In this document: positions 15,731 through 25,247 of the stretch, in pieces | Numbering within the stretch: the stretch's first letter is position 1 | How the letters are laid out: the number at the start of each line of letters is the position of its first letter | Origin: a virus | IMG/VR virus record: IMGVR_UViG_3300045921_000105 | Coordinates: 1-35,707 of that record | Reading direction: 5' to 3' (one strand) | Length of the DNA: 35,707 nucleotides | Made by a program: the position numbers and the translations under genes | Notes under the pieces: generated by a model | Database searches by the model: none | Told to the model about the DNA's origin: nothing | What the model saw: only the letters and a program-made list of their open reading frames with translations

Positions 15731-17883
15731 GCGACACCGCCGGGCATCTGGCCAGCCAGTTGCGCAAGCATCTGCTGCGGATCAGGCTGCGCGGGCGGGG
15801 CCTGCGGGGCGGGCAGGGGCTGTGAAGGAACCGGCTGTTCCGCCGAGGTCGCCGCCTGCGCCCGCAGGATGCCGAGGATGTTCAGACGCACCCCGTGCGT
15901 CGCTTCGAGTTCCGCCGCCTTGATGATGAGGTCTTGCAAGAGCCGGTCGCGTTCGAGGTCCGCTTTCGCCCTGTCCTTCTCCATCTGCGCCTGCACGCGG
16001 GCCGCGTCGCCTTGCAACTTGGCCTGCGCCTTGATCTGCTCGCCCTGCACGATGGCCATGGCTTCGGGCGACGCGGCGCTGTCAGCCTGCGCAGCCTGCT
16101 GTTGCTGCGCCGCCAGTTGCTGCATGATCTGCTGCTCCACCTCGGGCGTGATGACGTTCAGGTAGCGGGTGCCGTTCGGCAGCCCGGCCAGCCGCACCCG
16201 GTCCTGCATCGCGTTCGAGATGTGGCGCAAGGTGACGAACGGGTTCTGCAACCCCATGTTCTGCAACATGCCCATCTGGAACGCCAGTAGGCTGTCCAGC
16301 GCCTCGACCTGCTCATCGACCCGGCCATTGCCGACGCCGACGTTGACGCGCATCTGCATCGTGTGCCGCCACACGCGCGGGTCGATGGCGTCCGCCCGGC
16401 CCAAGAGTTCGGCGCGCTGCTCCGCCGAAGTGTAGCGGACCATCAGGGACAGGATGCGGGTGTAGAGATGCCGCAGCCCTGTCTCGGCGAGGTTCCTGAC
16501 CATCAGTTCGGTCTGCGCGGTCGCCGCCTCGACCTGCGCCCGCACGGCCTCCCGCGTGGTGGACTGCATGGCATCGGGATCGAGGCCCGCCGCAGCGCGC
16601 GTCAGCCCGCTGCGGAGTTCCGACTGCGCGTCCAGATATTGCAGCGCGGGCAGGGTCTGGCCCGCGACGAACGGCACGTCCAGAACCTGCACCATGCCCG
16701 GCGCCTTGACGCGAACGATCCCGCCGATCTCGCCGTTCAGCATGTCCGCCATGTTCACGGAACTGTCCACCACGGCGAAGCGCGGGTTGTTGACCATGGT
16801 CACGTTGTCGAGGACGCCCCGCATCATCGCGGTCGCGGCGTTCTGGTCGTCGAACAGGATTTCGGAGACGCTGCGCCCGTAGAAGCGGTGTGCGACCGGA
16901 TCGACCATGAAAAGCGACAGCGGCTGCCCGTCCGCCGGTTCGACCGACAGCGGGATGTAGGACGCGCCGCCCAAGAGGACGCGGTGCAGGACGAGCGGCA
17001 CCCCGTCCGCGACCTTCATGCGGACATAAAGTTCCGTCAGGCGCACCCGCCGGGTGTCGGGGTCGCTCTCGACCTCGTGCTGCTCCGTCGTGTCACGGCC
17101 TAGACGCGCATGCTTGATCTCGCGCAGCAGGTCGTCGTCTACCCCGGGGCTCTGTCCAACCCGCTCCACCGCGTCCGGGTCGTAGCCTTGCGCCTGCAAG
17201 TCCCCGAGCAGACAGGTCTTCTGCACGCCGAAAAAGCGCGCCTCGGCGATGTTCGTCGCGGCGGGGTCGATGAAGAAGTCCTCGACCGGGACCGGGTGGA
17301 CGCAAAGTTGGCCATGCTGGCGGGTGTAGAAGACCGCGACGTTCAGCAGGCCGTCCTCGCGCTCCTCGACTGCCTGCAATACGGCACCGTCCTGTAGCAG
17401 GGCCTCGACCTGCTCCGGGGCAACGCCGGTATACTTGTAAAGGCCGACCTCGGAATAGTCCTCCCACGTCGTGTGAATGATGCCGAGGCCCAGCGACACG
17501 GCATCGTCGATGGCCGACCGCAGCGCGTTGAAGCCGTCCGCCCGCAGCAGTGCGGCGTGAACGAAGTCCGTCGCCTGTTCGGCCGCCTCCGCCGAGACGA
17601 GGCTCGTCGGCAGGAACTCGACCGGCCGGTTGGTCAGCAGGGCTCGCAGAAGCGCGGGCTTGGCGTGCCGGACAGCATCGCGGACGCGGGTCATCACGAC
17701 CGAAGAACGGCTTTCCTCGACCGGAACATCGCAGAACCCTTCAAGATACCGCAGCGCCTTGAACCACAGCGGCTCGTGCTCGGTCTCGCGGTAGTCGAGC
17801 GCGCGCTCGATGTCGGCGCGCAGTCGGCTCAGCGTGTCCTCGTCTTCGGCCAAGGCGCGAGCGGCGTCAACGTGGTCCTTCAT
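15727..17883 (-). CDS. Portal protein (P22/SU10-like long portal)
   Basis: About 718 aa. RSSVV..VRDAV, VPVEDFFIDP, P..HRFYGRSV, RGVLDN....NNPR, Q-rich C-terminal barrel. ATG 17883 with GAGAGGGG RBS. Confidence 0.88.
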   Translation of the reverse strand: MKDHVDAARALAEDEDTLSRLRADIERALDYRETEHEPLWFKALRYLEGFCDVPVEESRSSVVMTRVRDAVRHAKPALLRALLTNRPVEFLPTSLVSAEAAEQATDFVHAALLRADGFNALRSAIDDAVSLGLGIIHTTWEDYSEVGLYKYTGVAPEQVEALLQDGAVLQAVEEREDGLLNVAVFYTRQHGQLCVHPVPVEDFFIDPAATNIAEARFFGVQKTCLLGDLQAQGYDPDAVERVGQSPGVDDDLLREIKHARLGRDTTEQHEVESDPDTRRVRLTELYVRMKVADGVPLVLHRVLLGGASYIPLSVEPADGQPLSLFMVDPVAHRFYGRSVSEILFDDQNAATAMMRGVLDNVTMVNNPRFAVVDSSVNMADMLNGEIGGIVRVKAPGMVQVLDVPFVAGQTLPALQYLDAQSELRSGLTRAAAGLDPDAMQSTTREAVRAQVEAATAQTELMVRNLAETGLRHLYTRILSLMVRYTSAEQRAELLGRADAIDPRVWRHTMQMRVNVGVGNGRVDEQVEALDSLLAFQMGMLQNMGLQNPFVTLRHISNAMQDRVRLAGLPNGTRYLNVITPEVEQQIMQQLAAQQQQAAQADSAASPEAMAIVQGEQIKAQAKLQGDAARVQAQMEKDRAKADLERDRLLQDLIIKAAELEATHGVRLNILGILRAQAATSAEQPVPSQPLPAPQAPPAQPDPQQMLAQLAGQMPGGVA

Positions 17884-19912
17884 CGCGTCCCCTCTCAAGG
17901 CTCTCCCGCGCGCCGAGAGCCCCCAGCAAGCCCGCCGACGCGGCGCGCGCCCGAAGCGCCTCGACCAGCCGCTTGGCGGCGTCGCTGCTGTTCAGCGCCG
18001 TCTCGACCAGCGCAGCATCGTCGGTCGTGAGATACCGCAGAAGCTGCAATTTCTCGTCGTCCCTCAATGACGGGCTGAACCTCTGTATCACCCGGAACGC
18101 GAGACGGACAAGAGGCCGCGTCTCGCCGTAGGCGACAGCGTTGATGCTGTCTGCCACGGGCATGACCGGCGGAGTGTCTCGCGCCAGCCCGGCTGCGGAG
18201 GTCATCGAGTTCTTCAAGATGCGCTCGTCGGCCTCCTGTGCAGCCCGCGCCCGCCCGGCTGCCCCCACGACGCGCTCATACTCGTCGGGTTCGACGACGC
18301 GCGCCAGATTTCGGCTCGCGGCCCGGTCGGAGGTGGCGACCTCCTTCGCAAACGCGCCCGCCCGCGCGCCCGCCCGGCGCTCGTTCGCCGCGTCCATGAA
18401 CCCGGCCCGCAACGCCTCGTTGATCCTCTGCCGCGCAGCGGGATCGACCTTGGCGAACAGGTCGTCCACCATGATCTCGGCCTTGTCGGGCGCGAGGGAC
18501 AGAAGCTGCCTGCCGAGTTTGTAGGCGTCATCTTCGGCCGCGTTGACGGCGGCGGCGGCGCGGGCGGCGGCCAGTTCCGGCGAGGCTTGATCGAGAAGCC
18601 CCCGCAGTTCCTGCTCCAAGTCCCGCCAGCCGGGGCCAGCCGCCTTGGACGCCCCTGTGGTGGCGTAGGTCGATGTCGCCTGCGCCGCCAAGGCGCGGCG
18701 TGTCAACTCCGCCTCGCGCAAGGTCGGCGGGCGCAGGAACTCGATCTGACCGTCGTCGGTCACGCGGAAGTAGGGCCGCTGCCGCGAGGTGACAGCCACG
18801 ACTTCCTCGATCTGGCGCGCGACGCCCGGCGACAGCCGGAAAATGTCCGCGATCCTGTCCGCCACCTCGGGCGGTGCCGCAACGTCGAAGCCACCGACCC
18901 GAAGCGCGGCCTCGTAGTCGTTCGAGACCCCGCTGCGGGCTGCATCGGATCGCGCTTGGCGCGCCCGCGCCACGTTCGGGCTTCCGGTCGTGTTCAGCGT
19001 CCGGTCCATCTCGCCGAAGAAGGCGTCCCGGGTCTGGCCGACGCGCCGAACGATGTTTTCCCGCGCGGGAGTGGCCGCCGCCCCAAGCTGATTGATGTAG
19101 CGCCGGATCAGCCCGTGCAGTGTCTGATTGTCAGACAGCGCCTCCCCCGCCGCGATCCGGGCGACGGCCTCATCCGGCGTGATGTTCAGCTTCTCGACAA
19201 TATCCCGCAGCGCCACCTCGGCGGCGTCACCCGCCCGCCTGCCGAGTTGCCGGGCGGCAGTTTCTTTCACCCACCGGAACGCCCCTCCCGCGGCCCGCAT
19301 GGCCCCGTAGAGCGCCGGGGCCGCCACACCCCCCACAGCCGCGTCCACGGCAATGTCGCCAGCATCGAACCGTGCGTCGCCTTCCCGGGACAGGACGCCG
19401 GTCGCCGCCGACGCGCCCGCGCCCATGCCTGCCAGCCGGGCCGCCGTCCCGAGCCCCGTCCTCGCGGCGGTAGCGGCGCCGCCCGTTATCAGCGCCAGAG
19501 GCGCGGTCCCGCCCACCTCGTAGGCTAGGCTCTCCCACGGGCGCGCATCGCGGTAGTCCGCCAGCTTCTGCCTGACCTCCGCCAGCGTGTCGTAGTAGGG
19601 CTGGCCGCTCTCGCGCCCCAGCGCCGCAGCCACGGCCGAGAACGGGTTGCGGACGACGGCTTCCAGTTCATCCCCGGCCCCGAACGTGAGCCCCTGCAAC
19701 GCGGCTCGCCAACGCTCGCGCGGCTCTTCCTTCGGCGGGGGCGGTGTCGCCGCGCCTAGCTGGGCCTCGATGATCGGCACGATACCCTCGATGTATGCCT
19801 GCTGCTGGTCCGGCGACAGTTCCTGAAACCCCGGGTCGAGACCAATGAGCACCTCCCGCCCGGAGCCAAGCGTGATCTTGACGGTAACTTGGCCTTTTTT
19901 CTCAGTGCTCAT
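17867..19912 (-). CDS. Internal virion / DNA-ejection protein
   Basis: QGLTFGAGDEL motif, Gly/Ala-rich hydrophobic segments, last gene of the ejection cluster. Confidence 0.7.
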   Translation of the reverse strand: MSTEKKGQVTVKITLGSGREVLIGLDPGFQELSPDQQQAYIEGIVPIIEAQLGAATPPPPKEEPRERWRAALQGLTFGAGDELEAVVRNPFSAVAAALGRESGQPYYDTLAEVRQKLADYRDARPWESLAYEVGGTAPLALITGGAATAARTGLGTAARLAGMGAGASAATGVLSREGDARFDAGDIAVDAAVGGVAAPALYGAMRAAGGAFRWVKETAARQLGRRAGDAAEVALRDIVEKLNITPDEAVARIAAGEALSDNQTLHGLIRRYINQLGAAATPARENIVRRVGQTRDAFFGEMDRTLNTTGSPNVARARQARSDAARSGVSNDYEAALRVGGFDVAAPPEVADRIADIFRLSPGVARQIEEVVAVTSRQRPYFRVTDDGQIEFLRPPTLREAELTRRALAAQATSTYATTGASKAAGPGWRDLEQELRGLLDQASPELAAARAAAAVNAAEDDAYKLGRQLLSLAPDKAEIMVDDLFAKVDPAARQRINEALRAGFMDAANERRAGARAGAFAKEVATSDRAASRNLARVVEPDEYERVVGAAGRARAAQEADERILKNSMTSAAGLARDTPPVMPVADSINAVAYGETRPLVRLAFRVIQRFSPSLRDDEKLQLLRYLTTDDAALVETALNSSDAAKRLVEALRARAASAGLLGALGARESLERGRDEGPR

Positions 19913-19938
19913 CGGCGTCTCTACTGCCAGAGGTCAGG

Positions 19939-21714
19939 TCACGGCGTCGAAGGCGCAGGGCTGACGCCGAGTATCTCAAACCGGATGGCGCCCCCGCCCG
20001 TTGCGGAACCCGCGCGCTCCTTGAACGCCCGGAACGGGTTGTTCTCCTCGCCGAACCTGTCGATCTCCTCAAGGGCCGAAGCCATGTCGCCCGTCCTGAT
20101 CCCGCGATTGGCGATACGGGCGATCTGAACCCGGTAATTGAACAGCCTTTGAAGCGTATCGACGATCAGCTTGTTCCCTTCCGGGCTGTTCATCAGGCTC
20201 GGGACCGCCGCGAAGAACGCGGCAAGGTCCGCATCCGAGATGGCGCCGGAACCCGGCGGGCGCATGGATAGCGCAAGCCGGGACACGATGGCTTGGAACT
20301 GCCTCGCCTTCGGCCCCACCAGCGACACGCCCAGCCGGGTGCCGAGGCGGTTCAGGGCCTCGTCAAACCCGCCACCGACCCCCTGCTCGATCAGCCCCGC
20401 CAGTTCCTGCACCATCTCGTGGCCTTCATAGGCGGATGTCAGGTCGGTCGCCAGCGGGCGAAGCAGCGACGCCTGCGCCTCGACGGAAGCGATACCGGAC
20501 GCCTCGCGGACGCGATCCTCGCCGGTAGGCCCGAAGATGGCGCGCTGCGCCTCCGCCGCCGCCCGCGCCTCGATCTGCTCCTCCGAAAGACCCTTGCCGT
20601 CCTCAGACGCCCGGATGCGATCCGCAGCCTGTTTCTTGAGAGCCTCGAAGACCACAAGCTGCGCCGGGGTGCGCTCCTCCGACGCCATGCCGAAGCCGAC
20701 CTCGACCGCCCGCCTCCTCGCCTCCTCCGGCGTCATGCCTTGCGCCACAAGTTGCTGCGTCAGATACTCGATCTCCCGCATCCTTGCCGTCGGGCGGTCC
20801 CCGTCCCCTTCCCCTTCCCGCCGCGAATAGATGACGCTGGCAGCGTCCCGGCCAGTCATCGCGCCGGATCGCACCGCGTCGGCAAGATCGGGACGGCCCT
20901 GACTTTCAAGCCAGCGGACCGTGCGCGTCGCCTGCGCGTTCTCGCGGCGCTCCTTCTGCATGTTCTCGATCTGGCTGTTCAGCGCCGCGATGAGTTGCGG
21001 GTTCGGGTTCACGCCCATGGAGAACAGAATGACCGCGAGGCGCAGCCTGCGCTCCTCGTCGGCGAGCGGCCCCAGCTTTTCCAGCGTTTCCGGCGGAAAG
21101 AGGCGGTTCCACAGCGAGGTGCCGGTGCCGGTGCCAGCACCGGCGCCGGGCGGGGACGCCAGCATGTCGGCGCCCGCGCTGCCAGCCAGCGCGCCCACGC
21201 CCGCGCCGCCGGAAAGCGTGTCAAACCCGGCCGTGCTGATCGTCATTCGCGTCGCGCCCGGCGTGCGCATGCTGCCCCTCCCCGATCCGGACCCGGCCGG
21301 TTCGACATGCCACGGCTCCCACGACAGGGGCGTGGACAGCCCGAACCGGGCGGCGTTCTCCGCAATCCATCTCGCCTCACGGCTGTTCGGGTCGCGCAAC
21401 AAGCGCCCGCTGCTGTCGGCAAAATCGACTGCCAGCCCCATGTTATGCCGGGATCGGCCCGGCGGCGCAACCCACCGCCGCGCGGCGGCCTCGCTCCCAT
21501 ACCGCTTGACCGCATCGGCAAACAGTCGGGCCTGCACCTCGGGCGAGCGGTAAGCCGATGCGATCTTCAACGCCCGCGGGCCGAGTTCGGCGTCCGCCGC
21601 TCGAAGCATGGCCGCCAGACTGCGGGCGTAGTCCGGCCGCAACCCGATGAAGCTGTCAGGCCGCGCCGCCGCGCCCCCGACTGCGTAGGCGCTCCAATTG
21701 AACGGCGTGTTCAT
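19939..21714 (-). CDS. Internal virion protein with N-terminal M15 (VanY-like) peptidoglycan peptidase domain
   Basis: SAYRS..Q..LF, VAPPGRSRH..GLAVD (SxH-x6-D), WIAENAARFGL, EPWH. Helical C-terminus with GAISDAD. Confidence 0.82.
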   Translation of the reverse strand: MNTPFNWSAYAVGGAAARPDSFIGLRPDYARSLAAMLRAADAELGPRALKIASAYRSPEVQARLFADAVKRYGSEAAARRWVAPPGRSRHNMGLAVDFADSSGRLLRDPNSREARWIAENAARFGLSTPLSWEPWHVEPAGSGSGRGSMRTPGATRMTISTAGFDTLSGGAGVGALAGSAGADMLASPPGAGAGTGTGTSLWNRLFPPETLEKLGPLADEERRLRLAVILFSMGVNPNPQLIAALNSQIENMQKERRENAQATRTVRWLESQGRPDLADAVRSGAMTGRDAASVIYSRREGEGDGDRPTARMREIEYLTQQLVAQGMTPEEARRRAVEVGFGMASEERTPAQLVVFEALKKQAADRIRASEDGKGLSEEQIEARAAAEAQRAIFGPTGEDRVREASGIASVEAQASLLRPLATDLTSAYEGHEMVQELAGLIEQGVGGGFDEALNRLGTRLGVSLVGPKARQFQAIVSRLALSMRPPGSGAISDADLAAFFAAVPSLMNSPEGNKLIVDTLQRLFNYRVQIARIANRGIRTGDMASALEEIDRFGEENNPFRAFKERAGSATGGGAIRFEILGVSPAPSTP

Positions 21715-21720
21715 GCCGCC

Positions 21721-22635
21721 TCACGGTAACGCCAAGAGGAGCCCGAACAGGTCGAACAGACTCGGCTGTTTCGTAGTCGTCTGCGTCCCGCCGCCCCCCT
21801 GCGGGATCGCGCCCAGCGCCGCAAGAGGCAGATTGAGGCTCTGCTGCGGCGAGTTCGTGAAACCCTCGTAGTTGCGCCGGGCAGCATCGAGAACGGCCTG
21901 CACGACGCCCTGCTGCATCGCGCCCTGCCGCGCCAGATCGTTATTGACCTGCTGACCTATGCCGAACGCCTGCTGGCCCATGCCCGCCAGCGAGTTGGCC
22001 GCGCCAAGGCGCTGCGCCAGCGCCGCGAGGGTGTTCTGCGCGTTCGCCATGGACGCCGCGTTCTGTGCCGAGGCGTTGAACTGCCCGGCGGTGTTCGCGG
22101 CCTGCTGATTGGCCCCCGCCGCCTGCATCCCGGCATTGAGGTTCGTCGTTTGCGCCTGCAAGCCCGCCGCCTGATTGGCAAGCTGCCCCTGCATCCCGGT
22201 GGCGATGTCCTGCCCGGCCATGGCCTGCGCGTTGGTGAAGTTGTTCGCGTTCAACTGCGCGAGCGTCCGCGCCGCCTGATCGGCGAAGCCGCGGTTTGTC
22301 TCGGCCTCGGCAATGCCGTGCCGACTGCCCCCGAAAGCCCGCGCCGCTGTCGCCTGCGCGCCAGTGCCCTGCAAGGCCAAGAGGCGCTGCCGGTTCAGTT
22401 CCTGCATCGTCGTGTCGGTGACGTTCTGCTGGAACGGGTTCATGTAGGGTTGCAGGTTCGTCGCGGCGATCTGTCCGGGCTGCACCATGGACGCCGCGAC
22501 CTGCCCCGGAACCTGCATCATGGCCGGGTTGTAGCCTGCCGCTGTCACCCGCGGCGCTCGGGCGCCAGTCAGGCCCCCCGCCGCCGTCATGGCTTGGGCA
22601 AGGGCTTGTGCGCTCTGTGCGAAGATGTCCTGCAT
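21721..22635 (-). CDS. Gln/Ala-rich internal virion (DNA transfer) protein
   Basis: YMNPFQQNV, AFGGSRHGIAEAET, NQQAAN repeats, hydrophobic C-terminus. Confidence 0.72.
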   Translation of the reverse strand: MQDIFAQSAQALAQAMTAAGGLTGARAPRVTAAGYNPAMMQVPGQVAASMVQPGQIAATNLQPYMNPFQQNVTDTTMQELNRQRLLALQGTGAQATAARAFGGSRHGIAEAETNRGFADQAARTLAQLNANNFTNAQAMAGQDIATGMQGQLANQAAGLQAQTTNLNAGMQAAGANQQAANTAGQFNASAQNAASMANAQNTLAALAQRLGAANSLAGMGQQAFGIGQQVNNDLARQGAMQQGVVQAVLDAARRNYEGFTNSPQQSLNLPLAALGAIPQGGGGTQTTTKQPSLFDLFGLLLALP

Positions 22636-22638
22636 GGA

Positions 22639-23091
22639 TCAGTATTCCCCGGGTCCGCGCTCATCCCATTGCCACGGCGGAGGCGGCGGCGGCGGAGGCG
22701 CGGGCGCCTGCGCCTGCGGCGGCAAGGCCCCAGTGAAAGGGTTGATAAACAAGGCGTTGATGGCGTCATACTGCCCGGGCCGACGCTGTTTCAGTTCCTC
22801 AAGCGCCTGCTCGAACAGCGGAGTGCTGGTATAGCCCTGCACCCCGCCCATCGTTACCGTCGGCGGCATCTGCGGCGGCGCGGCCCCGGCGCCCAGCCCG
22901 AACGCCGAAGCGGCAGCGCGCGTGTTGCGCATGGCCGCCTCCTGATCAGGCGTCAACGCCGCAACGTCCGGGCCGGAGTAGGGAACGAAGCCGATGCGCG
23001 ATATTTCATCGGCACGGGCGAGGTTCCGCTTCGCGGCTTCTTCCAGCCACGGCGGCAGCTTCATCTCAGTTACCTGTTTACCGCCCTTCAT
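22639..23091 (-). CDS. Small internal virion protein
   Basis: MKGGK...LPPWLEEAA, PYSGPDVA, poly-Pro tail. ATGA overlap with the upstream gene. Confidence 0.65.
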   Translation of the reverse strand: MKGGKQVTEMKLPPWLEEAAKRNLARADEISRIGFVPYSGPDVAALTPDQEAAMRNTRAAASAFGLGAGAAPPQMPPTVTMGGVQGYTSTPLFEQALEELKQRRPGQYDAINALFINPFTGALPPQAQAPAPPPPPPPPWQWDERGPGEY

Positions 23092-23474
23092 CCGATTATC
23101 TCCCGCTCCACAAACGCCCCGCGGACGTGCCAGCCGTTTCTGCGGGCCAGCCGGGTCCAGCCGAAACGACCCAAGCCCTCGATCCGCGTGCAGCCGTGCT
23201 CCGCACGCGCCCACACTTCCGCCGCCGCCAGTGCGCGGCTAAGCCCGTCCCGATGACCTGCTGCCAGCACGATATTGAGGGCCTTCAACTGTGGATATAC
23301 CGCGATCTCTGTCAACAGGCAACAGCCCGGCTCACGCCACGGAACCATCTTGCCTTGGAGTATCAACTCGCCGAGGTCGCCCGCTGTGAACCGGCCACCC
23401 GCCCAACGGATCGCCTTGTCGATCTTCTCACGGCAGTCAGGAAAAAGGCTGTAGAAGAACTGTTCCGGGTTCAT
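23088..23474 (-). CDS. Putative GNAT-like protein of the podovirus tail module
   Basis: TEI..YP..K.LNI.LAAG, WAR..GC.RIEG.GR.GW.R. Lies between nozzle and ejection genes. Confidence 0.6.
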   Translation of the reverse strand: MNPEQFFYSLFPDCREKIDKAIRWAGGRFTAGDLGELILQGKMVPWREPGCCLLTEIAVYPQLKALNIVLAAGHRDGLSRALAAAEVWARAEHGCTRIEGLGRFGWTRLARRNGWHVRGAFVEREIIG

Positions 23475-23677
23475 GCCGCGACCGTGGATAGCACGCCGGA
23501 GTTACTTACAACCAGCTTCCACCGGCTACCGTCCGGCGCCGTCAGAATGATCGACCCGGCGCCAAGATCGTTGTCGGCGTTGCGCCGAAGAGCGCCCGCA
23601 AAGGCGGCTTCTATGGCCGCCGTGCGGCGGCGCTCCACCGCCGGAACGTAGGTATCCGGGACCGCAGGCAGTTTCAT
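23471..23677 (-). CDS. Small tail-associated protein
   Basis: IILTAPDGSRWKLVVSNSGVLST. ATGA overlaps on both sides. Confidence 0.7.
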   Translation of the reverse strand: MKLPAVPDTYVPAVERRRTAAIEAAFAGALRRNADNDLGAGSIILTAPDGSRWKLVVSNSGVLSTVAA

Positions 23678-25158
23678 CGACGACCCCGCGGCTTGATGAT
23701 CATCCGACCTTCCCCGAAACGCCAGTCAGCAGCCTCAACCTCCTCGATCTTGACCGAGACGAGCCGCGCCGTGAACCGCAGGTCGGTAGGCATCTGGCTC
23801 TCAAGCGTGATAGGGCCGATGTTGCGCTCAGGCCCATTGGGGTAGTCCTGCACAGTGAAACGCAGCCGCGTCTGGCCGAACGCGCGCTCGTCCGCGAGGA
23901 AGCCGAGAACGGTCATGGCCTGATCCCCGGCTCCGAGCATGATGGGGCCGCTCGTGGCATAGGGCAGATCGGCACCGGGGCGCTCATTGCCGTCCTCGTG
24001 AGTGTATAGCGTCCCGTCCGCACCGGACCAGATCGGCCTTACCCACGGGGCGGCATCGACACCCGCGGTGCGCGCCAGCGCGCCCACGGCCCACACCCCG
24101 GTCCTGTAGTTGAACGCCGCATATCGGTCCACCTCGACCGACTGCGGGAAGAACCACCAGACCTCATGCTCCCGGGCGTTGGAAACAGCCCAAACCTTCG
24201 ATGCCTGCGTCGTGTTCATCCGGCGCAGAACGTCGTCCAGAACCGGGCAGTCCAGCGGCTCCACCGCGCCCCCGGACCAGCGGAAGAAACCGCCGTGGCC
24301 CATCCAGTAGGCCGCCCCTTCGACGACCGCAACGGCCTTTGAGGCAACGATGCCGCAGGCGTCGCCGACCTGCTCGAACCCGTAGATGAACGGCGGGCCG
24401 ATATAGTTCGCCGCGTGCGCGTCGGCATCCGTCAGAAGCAGGGACCGCCCCGCAGCGCGCACGCCGCACAGCAGGCGACCGCGCGTCGTCAGATCGTAGT
24501 CGCCTGCGGTATTGGTGGCCGCGGGCGTCCAGACCGTCGGATCGTCCTGATCGGCCCACGCCACGCGGCGCGGGTCGCCGCCGGGGGACAGCGCGAAGAC
24601 GAACCGCTCGGGCGTGACGAGGACAGACCGGCACCCCGTAGGCGCGTTCGTCAGCACGGCTGCGGGCGGCGGGTCGCCGGGAACCCACGACAGGATGCGC
24701 CCATCATCCCAATGGCACGCCAGAAGCAGTTCGCCCCAAGCATCGAACGCCCAAGTCGTGGCCGGAAGGATGGACCGCGCGCCGGTGCGCCGCCGCCCAT
24801 ACGGCCCGTCGTCGCCATACAGCCCCGCGCCATACGCGACACCCTGCACTGCATCGACGCGGCCCACCACCAGCGGGTCCGGTGTCAGGTCCACCGGCGT
24901 CAGGTTCGGGCCGGTCGCGTAGAGTTCCGACGCGGTTCCAAAAGCCAGAAACCTGTCGCCGCCGATGTCGCGCCATGCGAACATGCCCCGGATGGGGTCC
25001 GTTGCCGCGTCGTCGATGATGCGACGCCAGCCGCCGACAGGCCGCAGGACGCCCTCGCGCCAGCGGATGAGGCTGCTGTCGATCCAGCGCCCCTGCGACG
25101 CCAGCGGGGCACCGGACGCGACGACACCGGGCGGGATGCGGAGCGGGAAGTAGGGCAT
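23674..25158 (-). CDS. Tail nozzle / stabilisation protein (tubular protein B, P22 gp10-like)
   Basis: 494 aa, Trp-rich, beta-propeller-like: W.D..L.RW..G...PVGGW, VAWADQDD..W, EVWWFFP, FNY..GVW..G.L.RTA. Confidence 0.75.
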   Translation of the reverse strand: MPYFPLRIPPGVVASGAPLASQGRWIDSSLIRWREGVLRPVGGWRRIIDDAATDPIRGMFAWRDIGGDRFLAFGTASELYATGPNLTPVDLTPDPLVVGRVDAVQGVAYGAGLYGDDGPYGRRRTGARSILPATTWAFDAWGELLLACHWDDGRILSWVPGDPPPAAVLTNAPTGCRSVLVTPERFVFALSPGGDPRRVAWADQDDPTVWTPAATNTAGDYDLTTRGRLLCGVRAAGRSLLLTDADAHAANYIGPPFIYGFEQVGDACGIVASKAVAVVEGAAYWMGHGGFFRWSGGAVEPLDCPVLDDVLRRMNTTQASKVWAVSNAREHEVWWFFPQSVEVDRYAAFNYRTGVWAVGALARTAGVDAAPWVRPIWSGADGTLYTHEDGNERPGADLPYATSGPIMLGAGDQAMTVLGFLADERAFGQTRLRFTVQDYPNGPERNIGPITLESQMPTDLRFTARLVSVKIEEVEAADWRFGEGRMIIKPRGRR

Positions 25159-25247
25159 CGACTAACTCTGGCGGTTAAAGCGCGCTGGCCGCCGTCAGAG
25201 ACAGCTTTGAAGGCCCGGGCTCGACGACAGCCGACACGGTTTCCCCC

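Noticed and set aside
25230..25238. 9-bp match (ccgtgtcgg, minus strand) to the core of the 46-bp repeat
   Set aside because: Too short for GC-rich DNA and the flanks do not match.
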